Source: a virus (Duplodnaviria; Caudoviricetes). From it: a stretch of 30,885 nt of DNA. Where the stretch lies: positions 1 through 30,885 of IMG/VR virus record IMGVR_UViG_3300026270_000017; one strand, 5' to 3'. The position numbers and the translations under genes were made by a program. Of the stretch, positions 24,416 to 30,885 are shown piece by piece. Every line of letters begins with the position of its first letter. The first letter of the stretch is position 1. The notes beneath the pieces were generated by a model, which saw nothing but the letters and a program-made list of their open reading frames with translations, made no database searches and had not been told where the DNA came from.

Positions 24416-26635
24416 TTAAACGGAGCCGATTACTTCTTCAAATGCAACACCAGTTCTGGTGGCGATGAAGGTTAGACCGATGAAGTTGATCGATCTTGCG
24501 GGTTTGATGAAGATGTCCGCGACAAACTCATTGCTATCAATAATTGCAGCAGTGTTGTTTGTTTCATCACAAATGACGACATAATCTTGAATACCTCTCT
24601 TCGACTGAACGTCGCGGAGGAATGGTTCAACAATGTTCACGAAGTTAGTCCTTGTGATTTCATCGTTGAACTCGAACAGGAAGTCCTTAGCAGCAGCGGA
24701 GATTGCATCTTCAAGGAAGATGAACAGGCGGCGGACGTTGATTCTATCGAACGCGGAGGACTTACCAAATCCAGTCTTGTCACCGAACAGGATAATACCT
24801 GCTCCAGGGGAGAAGATAACTGGGTTGATTCTGTTGGAATACAATGCGTCTCTTTGCTTTCTACCTGGATTGTATGCCAGTTTAACAGCGTTGAGGATCG
24901 CACCTCTTGAAGTTCCAGCAGGTGAGAACCAAGGGAACTGTTGAATATCCGTTCTAGCACAAGTACCAGCAATGTCTCCATTCAGAGGAACATAACGGAA
25001 AGTATCATTGAAGCGGTCGTACATATACTTGTAACCACTATCAAATATACCATAAGTTGTAGAACTCAATGGTGCGTAGAAACCAAGAACGTTGTTGGTA
25101 ATCGTGTCAACATCGTTTACAGTTACTGTTCCAACTTGATTATCGGTCAAGAACGATGCTCTATTTGGTGAAATGAATGCAACTGCATCCTTTCTTTCTT
25201 CAGCAACAGCGATACACTTTTGTGCAATACCTTGAGAGGTTTCTCTATCGTACTTAGCAGATCCCATCAGAATGAAGTCTACCTCAAACTCTTCAGTATT
25301 CTCAAACTTAGTGAGACCTGAAATAATATCATCAGCACCACAATCCAAAGAACCTGCGCTAGTCAAGTCGTTTGAACCACCATAGTTCTTACCACCTGCC
25401 ATTGCGAGTGAAAGTGATCCACAACCACCAAAGTTTACGCCGTCTGCATTTTGATCCCAACCAGTGTCGGCATCAAGTTCAGATTGCTCTCTACCATTAT
25501 CAGAGAATGCAATTGAAGTTGTTCCAGAAGGTGCAGAACCACCGAAGATGTAACGAGAGTTAGTGTAAAGATACTTTCTCCAGTAAGAAGGAGAACCTAC
25601 AGAGAACTCAGCGTCCTTTGCCTTGGAAAGATTGAGATGCTTTTCAAGGATGGAACCTGCGTTTCCAGTAATAAGTCCTTTGTCGTCAATAACAACAACA
25701 TGAACTTCATCGAATCTAGAGTTTCTATTTGCAGCAAACTCGGAAGTTCCTGGGCGGTTTGATAACTGATCCCACTCAAGTTTAACTGGATCACCGTTGA
25801 AGTCAGTAGAACTGAGTTCGATGTTCTGATTCTCAAACCAATCTTTTTCAGTAGTGTATGCGCGGGTTGCCATTGGTGCGTCAATAACACCAGTGTCAGT
25901 GGTATGAATACCAATGCTCCCTACATTTGTTAATGCATATACACTATTCTGAGTGTAATCTGCATTACTTACAGTGCCTGCAGCCGAAACGTGTGCAATA
26001 AGTTTCGTCGAGATTTGACCATCACCAACCTCAGTGATAACTCCTTGGAAGTAACCATCAATTGGTCTTGTTCCTCCTGTTGCTGCTGGAACAGTTGCTC
26101 CCGAACGAACTGCTTGTGTAAATCCATAACCAACTAGAACGTTAGCAGTGGAAATTCCAGTCAGAATTTGATCTGCCTTAGCATCAATAATTCCGATTCT
26201 AATTCCGTTCGCCCATGTTCCTGGGTTTCTTGAAACTACAGTTACGTTAGTAATCGCATTATCATCATAAGCAAGTTGCTCATAATGCTCAGTACTTTTA
26301 ATTCTTACACTTGAAGCGGTTCCAACAAATGCGTTCTTAAGTCCAGTTCCATCAGTGGCATTAAAATCATCTGCTCTAGAAACTCTAAGAGTTCCTCCAT
26401 ATGCGAGATAGGATGATGCGACCATCCAACTCTCATAATGCTTATCTGTTGAGTACGGTCTGCCGAAAGTGTTTAAGAGATCATCCTCATTCTCAATAAA
26501 CTGAGGAAGATCTACAGGTCCCTTTGCGAAAGGAGCAACAAGTGCCCCAATCGAACCAGAAACTGGATCGACTCTTCCAATAGTTAAGTCAACTTCTCTT
26601 ACGACAATTCCAGGAGATGCTAAGTTTAGAGGCAT
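24416..26635 (-). CDS. gp18: Tail sheath protein
   Basis: LASPGIVVREVDLT, FPWFSPAG..RG, FGDKT....SAFDRINVRRLF, LFEFNDEITR, IKPARSINFI.L.F.ATRTG. Confidence 0.98.
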   Translation of the reverse strand: MPLNLASPGIVVREVDLTIGRVDPVSGSIGALVAPFAKGPVDLPQFIENEDDLLNTFGRPYSTDKHYESWMVASSYLAYGGTLRVSRADDFNATDGTGLKNAFVGTASSVRIKSTEHYEQLAYDDNAITNVTVVSRNPGTWANGIRIGIIDAKADQILTGISTANVLVGYGFTQAVRSGATVPAATGGTRPIDGYFQGVITEVGDGQISTKLIAHVSAAGTVSNADYTQNSVYALTNVGSIGIHTTDTGVIDAPMATRAYTTEKDWFENQNIELSSTDFNGDPVKLEWDQLSNRPGTSEFAANRNSRFDEVHVVVIDDKGLITGNAGSILEKHLNLSKAKDAEFSVGSPSYWRKYLYTNSRYIFGGSAPSGTTSIAFSDNGREQSELDADTGWDQNADGVNFGGCGSLSLAMAGGKNYGGSNDLTSAGSLDCGADDIISGLTKFENTEEFEVDFILMGSAKYDRETSQGIAQKCIAVAEERKDAVAFISPNRASFLTDNQVGTVTVNDVDTITNNVLGFYAPLSSTTYGIFDSGYKYMYDRFNDTFRYVPLNGDIAGTCARTDIQQFPWFSPAGTSRGAILNAVKLAYNPGRKQRDALYSNRINPVIFSPGAGIILFGDKTGFGKSSAFDRINVRRLFIFLEDAISAAAKDFLFEFNDEITRTNFVNIVEPFLRDVQSKRGIQDYVVICDETNNTAAIIDSNEFVADIFIKPARSINFIGLTFIATRTGVAFEEVIGSV

Positions 26636-26671
26636 CTTTTCGGTCTCCTTGGTCCAGGTTATTTCTGAAAT

Positions 26672-26678
26672 TATTTAT
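26672..26678 (-). promoter_or_regulatory. Late promoter (ATAAATA) for gp18
   Basis: 37 nt upstream of the gp18 ATG; AAGGAG SD-like sequence lies between. Confidence 0.7.
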
Positions 26679-26717
26679 TAAAAAGTCGGTTTTGAATGGG
26701 GAATCTTGACGTGAAAC

Positions 26718-26930
26718 CTACCAATCTGGATATTCCCAAACATTACTACGCTTTTTGACCCTCTTCTTAGTACACTCTTTACACTCATATGAATATGATG
26801 CAGCAACAGGACCTCTATCCTTTCTTGTCCTGTAAAATCCATCAACTAAATTTTTTGTTTCACCACAAATTCTACATTCCCTTTCATAGAGAAGGAGATG
26901 ACCCAATTTTAACTGGTCATCTAAATCCAT
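26718..26930 (-). CDS. Small CxxC...CxxC zinc-binding protein (70 aa)
   Basis: ATG overlaps the gp17 TAA; CRIC...FYR...YECKEC; ends EYPDW. Confidence 0.75.
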   Translation of the reverse strand: MDLDDQLKLGHLLLYERECRICGETKNLVDGFYRTRKDRGPVAASYSYECKECTKKRVKKRSNVWEYPDW

Positions 26931-28579
26931 TAATAGTAATCCCACATATAAGATTTATCTCCATATTCATCAGTATGCCAACGATCACCATTATTATCTG
27001 TAAATGAAACTGCATCATTGATTCCATCATCTAAGAAACCAAATGGTGCCATATCTTGCTCAATCTGATTTTTTTGTTCGTCGTATATTCTTTTGCGAAC
27101 ATCAGTATCTGTCATTTCTTTGAAGTAGTCTTGTGCCACTAACCAAGAGAATATAACCAGACACATAGCAAGGTCATCGTTACAACCTTCCTCTGCCTCA
27201 AACGAATTATGCTTTTGAGCAAATGTTGTAAGTTCAGATATGATATCGTAATCTAGAGTTAATAACTTATCATCTTCTAAAAGAGTTTTTAAGTTAGAAC
27301 AACCAAGTTTTTTTACCTGTGCTGTTGTCCTAACTCCCATTTGAGACTTTTTACCAGAAAAACCGTGACCAACAACTTGACCAGCACGACCTCTCATTGC
27401 TGCCATCAGCATATTTTCATACTCTAAGTCGTAGTGAAGAATATTTGCTACCTGCTCTCCAATATCATTAACTTCAATCAATACCCAAGCGTTGTTGTAT
27501 CCCTTTAAAGTATCTTGAATTACATTTGGGAACAACATCGGTTTGATTTCATTATTTCTATACTTTGCTACAATCTTGTATGGAAACTCTGTAATATCAA
27601 ACACTACAAATGCAGAGTAGTCATTACCCAAACCACGAGCAACGTCTACGGTCATAAGATAGTTATGATCTTTTCTAGGTTTTTCGTAAATATCTAATCC
27701 TGCGTTTCTCTGGATGGGATCCTCATAGACTAGATTCCTGAGTTTTGCTGGATTTATAAGGGTATTGACAGAACCAAGAAACTCACATTCAAACTCAACT
27801 TTGAACTGTGCTTCTGATGTATTAGCAATCGTCTGTTCTTTCCATACTTGATCTCTTCCAGGAACCTCGGACCAATGAACATCAGTTGGAACGTACTCAT
27901 TTTTACCTTTTTCTGAGTCGTGCCACATTCGGTAGAAATGATTCATACCGCGTGGCGTGGATACAATGATTACCTTTGTGCTTTGTCCAGAAGAAATAGT
28001 AGGATAAACAGAGGCAAAGAAGTCATCAGCAATGTGATTCGGGATGAAGGCGAACTCGTCAAGAAAGATGACATTATAGGATCCGCCTCGGACAGCAGAT
28101 GATGAAGTAGAGTTAGACGAAATCTTGGAGCCATTTTCTAATTCCAGTGAACCTTTGTTCCAAGATATAATACCTTGCTGCATCCATTTAGGCAAGTTCT
28201 CATATGCAAGTTGTAATCTTTGAAGTAAATCTCTTGCAGTTGATGCCTTGTTTGCTAGGATTGCGATGTTAACGTTGTCGTTAAAAACGGCGTAGTGTAA
28301 AAGATATGATACACAAGTAGTAGACTTACCAGTCTGACGAGGCATCTTACATATATTAAATCTATTATCATGGAAATTTTGAATTAGTTTTTCCTGAAAA
28401 GGATACATATCAAAATTAACAAGACCGTGATCCAGAGATACGATCTTGATATAATTTCTAGCAAAATAAACAGGATCTTCTTTACATTTAATAAACTCAA
28501 TGACCTGCTCTTCTGTAAATTCGTGAGCAGTATTTGCTTTTTTTAAATTTGGATTACCAAGATAAATGTTATCACTCAT
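26930..28579 (-). CDS. gp17: Terminase large subunit
   Basis: YLGNPNLK, PRQTGKST (Walker A), FLDEFAF (Walker B), VSTP, nuclease TVDVARG..NDYS and NDDLAM. Confidence 0.98.
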   Translation of the reverse strand: MSDNIYLGNPNLKKANTAHEFTEEQVIEFIKCKEDPVYFARNYIKIVSLDHGLVNFDMYPFQEKLIQNFHDNRFNICKMPRQTGKSTTCVSYLLHYAVFNDNVNIAILANKASTARDLLQRLQLAYENLPKWMQQGIISWNKGSLELENGSKISSNSTSSSAVRGGSYNVIFLDEFAFIPNHIADDFFASVYPTISSGQSTKVIIVSTPRGMNHFYRMWHDSEKGKNEYVPTDVHWSEVPGRDQVWKEQTIANTSEAQFKVEFECEFLGSVNTLINPAKLRNLVYEDPIQRNAGLDIYEKPRKDHNYLMTVDVARGLGNDYSAFVVFDITEFPYKIVAKYRNNEIKPMLFPNVIQDTLKGYNNAWVLIEVNDIGEQVANILHYDLEYENMLMAAMRGRAGQVVGHGFSGKKSQMGVRTTAQVKKLGCSNLKTLLEDDKLLTLDYDIISELTTFAQKHNSFEAEEGCNDDLAMCLVIFSWLVAQDYFKEMTDTDVRKRIYDEQKNQIEQDMAPFGFLDDGINDAVSFTDNNGDRWHTDEYGDKSYMWDYY

Positions 28580-28593
28580 AATAAAAACCTAAT

Positions 28594-30885
28594 TCAACAT
28601 CTCCAACGTTTACGTGCCTTACAGATTTTCTTATCTGGGGTTTTAGAACAATCAATATTATGCATATCCTTTTGACCCTTAGAGCGAGAGCAGAAAGACT
28701 TACGTCTCTTTGCATCCTTGCTTCCCTTCTTAACCTTGCCAGTTACAGCAGTTTTCAGTTTAGAACCTGGATTCTCGCGTTTATATGCATTGACGGAACT
28801 CTGACTCATACCATCAACACCGTCTTTGCGATTTGATTTCTGCCAGTCTTCTTTTACCTCCTTTTGTAATTTTGCTTGTTTCACAGGAATATATTGGTAT
28901 GGGTTTTTACCGCCACCTTCCTTGTCACGTCTGTTTTTCAGATACTCTCTCTGTTCTTTTTCACCATCTAAACGACTTCTTTCATCAATTAATTCAACTT
29001 CTTCCTTTCTAGTTTTCTTCTTTTTGACACAGTTTGGATATCTTTTACCAAACATTGTCTTCATACCTTTCTTTTCATAACCTTTCCAACATTTTTCATC
29101 AAGTTGACTTCCTTCTTCAAGTTCATCCGCACATTTAGCAACCGCTTTAGATTGCTTAGCGTGCATTTTAGAAGCACCTGCCAATTGCTTAGAAATCTCT
29201 TTCAATCTTTCTGCTTTTGATTTTGCTTCACCAAGAATATCTTCTCTTACAAATTTACCATTTTTGTAAGTGTAATTTGGCATTGGTACAGGTTCTTTAT
29301 TACCTTCTGATTTGTAATTAGGCATCGGTACAGGTTCTTTATTACCTTCTGATTTGTAATTAGGCATCGGTACAGGTTTTTTAGTACCTCTTGGTTTGTA
29401 TTCGGGCATTGGAACTGCCTTCTCACCAAGCATATCACTTCCAAGACCTTGAGTTGGTTGAAGTGGTTCATTAGAAATCAGATCTACAGACTCATATTCT
29501 GTTGCCTGGAAGTCATCTCTCCAGTTAGAATGATCATAATCTTCCTTGTTGAATGCCTTTTTGATTGCACCAACAACAAAAGGTGCAGCAACTGTTGCTG
29601 CAGTTAATGCAAGACCTAATTTACCACGACCGCGAGGACGAACTCTTGCTGGTTTTACACCACTTGGTTTTGGCATTGGATTGACACCACTGAAGTCGGG
29701 TTTTACGCCAGGACCGGGTCTATATGCAGAAGGATTCCTTTGCGCTTTCTGCCAAGCACTCTTTGGATTATTTCTGTTTGCATAGTCTGCAACACTTATT
29801 TTAGGAAGTTGTGCTCCTTTTCCTTGAGGTTTTGGAGTAGCACTCCTCATTCTTGCGAGAGTTGCTCTAATCTTATCTTCTGCACCCTTATTTGCCTTAA
29901 TAAGGTCCTCTATCTGTGATGCAGTCATTCCTTTGAGTTTATCCTCAAGACCTTCAAGAAGCATATCTTCTCTCCAGTTAGAGAAACTTTCTTTCTTAGT
30001 CTTATTGCCCCAGTTAGCAGCACCAACTTTACGACATTTTACCAGAGCACCTGAAGCATAAGCAGAAGGCCACACAGAATAACGAGACTTGACCTTATGA
30101 TAACAAGCATCTTTCTTTCCTTCATCTACTATCTCAGTTTCTTCAGGTAAAGGTTCATCCGCATAAATTTTTCTGCCTGCTTTTTTACTTGCTCTCCTAT
30201 AGCGATCCATATCCTCAGTTTCTGCCTTATTGTAAGACACTGGTTTGCCTTTACGGTCTAGAATGGGTTTGCCATTGATTGATGGATTGGAGTATCCAAT
30301 ATTTCCTTCATCAACTAATCCACCTTCTGGTTCATATGAGTTTCTAAGTCTCTGCATTTTTGGATCCAAAGTTCCTGGTTTTACACCAGCATTCTTTTCA
30401 ATTGCTCTTTGTCTAGCACCAGCACCAAATGGCTTTCCATTAATAGTAGTATTTTGTCTAGCATTATCTAATGCAGAATGTGCTTTCTTTCCCAGATGTT
30501 GTAGACCCTTATATGCAGCATATCCACCTGCAGCAACAAGAGGAATCGCGAGAGCAGGAGCAATTTCATCTATTTGTGCTAAATCTGATCTCCAGTTTGA
30601 ATAAGATTCTTGAGTCACGTTTTTTGCTCTCCCTCTTCTATTTGGATTTGGATCTTCTTTGCGTTTTTTAGCAGCTCTCTTATTTCTTTCCTCTTTACTC
30701 ATTGCTGCACGATCATCAGCGTCACGACAGTATGGTTTAGTCTTTTGTCCAGGTTGTTTTGCACAAGGTTTTCCGTCGTACTTACCACCAGTCTGTTTCC
30801 AACCACCGCCTTTGAACCAATCGCGAAGAGAGTAACCTTTAGATTTTGCGGATTTACCATCACGTTTTTCAATAATTACTTCTTC
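28594..30885 (-). CDS. Large modular basic protein (>=763 aa, 5'-truncated by the window), candidate virion polyprotein with DUF5872-like and DUF6321-like modules
   Basis: The frame stays open from 30702 to the window edge (EEVIIEKRDGKSAKSKGYSLRDWFKGGGW...), so the track's Met is internal. Contains WPSAYASG, LRDWF..GGW..GKPC, CWKGY...PNCVK and RRKSFC...RKRWRC modules. Confidence 0.8.
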   Translation of the reverse strand, partial: EEVIIEKRDGKSAKSKGYSLRDWFKGGGWKQTGGKYDGKPCAKQPGQKTKPYCRDADDRAAMSKEERNKRAAKKRKEDPNPNRRGRAKNVTQESYSNWRSDLAQIDEIAPALAIPLVAAGGYAAYKGLQHLGKKAHSALDNARQNTTINGKPFGAGARQRAIEKNAGVKPGTLDPKMQRLRNSYEPEGGLVDEGNIGYSNPSINGKPILDRKGKPVSYNKAETEDMDRYRRASKKAGRKIYADEPLPEETEIVDEGKKDACYHKVKSRYSVWPSAYASGALVKCRKVGAANWGNKTKKESFSNWREDMLLEGLEDKLKGMTASQIEDLIKANKGAEDKIRATLARMRSATPKPQGKGAQLPKISVADYANRNNPKSAWQKAQRNPSAYRPGPGVKPDFSGVNPMPKPSGVKPARVRPRGRGKLGLALTAATVAAPFVVGAIKKAFNKEDYDHSNWRDDFQATEYESVDLISNEPLQPTQGLGSDMLGEKAVPMPEYKPRGTKKPVPMPNYKSEGNKEPVPMPNYKSEGNKEPVPMPNYTYKNGKFVREDILGEAKSKAERLKEISKQLAGASKMHAKQSKAVAKCADELEEGSQLDEKCWKGYEKKGMKTMFGKRYPNCVKKKKTRKEEVELIDERSRLDGEKEQREYLKNRRDKEGGGKNPYQYIPVKQAKLQKEVKEDWQKSNRKDGVDGMSQSSVNAYKRENPGSKLKTAVTGKVKKGSKDAKRRKSFCSRSKGQKDMHNIDCSKTPDKKICKARKRWRC
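29271..29420 (-). repeat. Intragenic 42-bp tandem repeat (14-aa unit PVPMPNYKSEGNKE), about 3.5 copies
   Basis: Perfect 42-nt periodicity over 29285-29378, with degenerate flanking copies (AVPMPEYKPRGTKK; PVPMPNYTY). Confidence 0.92.

Noticed and set aside
26706-26740. Plus-strand TTGACG as an antisense promoter near gp18/gp17
   Set aside because: No acceptable -10 box at 16-18-nt spacing.
9240-28579. Introns, inteins or homing endonucleases in gp17, gp20, gp23, uvsW or gp46
   Set aside because: All have normal lengths and uninterrupted frames; no intein or endonuclease motifs were seen. No tRNA or rRNA-like sequence was recognised in the short intergenic gaps either.
29271-29420. Possible CRISPR-like array
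   Set aside because: Head-to-tail in-frame coding repeat with no unique spacers and no cas genes.
30700-30702. ORF-track start Met of the 702-aa protein
   Set aside because: The frame is open for 61 more codons to the window edge and the Met falls mid-module; the true start lies outside the window.

Overview
Core-genome segment of a T4-like myovirus, almost certainly a marine cyanophage (Synechococcus/Prochlorococcus type), with every gene on the minus strand. In transcription order (right to left) it holds: a large modular basic protein truncated by the window edge, gp17 terminase, gp18/gp19 tail sheath and tube, gp20 portal, an accessory block (small beta protein, PKD/LRR fibre-like protein, small protein, 10-codon mini-ORF), gp21/gp22/gp23 head genes, a DUF3008-like/RlpA-like fusion, gp3, uvsY, uvsW, gp55, gp47/gp46, a metallopeptidase-vWA gene and a CobS/MoxR AAA+ gene interleaved with late-promoter 'cargo' genes, then gp45 and gp44. 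The most notable non-routine signals are five. (1) A family of late-expressed proteins built from basic modules separated by acidic linkers ending in (I/L/V)-x-E, like the gp21 protease site, with shared leader/linker motifs; this is a candidate virion-packaged polyprotein/effector system. (2) A candidate head-spike cassette in which the fibre's N-terminal 10 codons are repeated as a stand-alone micro-ORF. (3) Two composite terminator-inside-promoter elements ahead of the vWA and AAA+ genes. (4) Overlapping divergent sigma70 promoters upstream of gp55. (5) An RlpA-like lytic transglycosylase domain encoded directly after gp23. Family assignments are from motif recognition by eye, not database searches.
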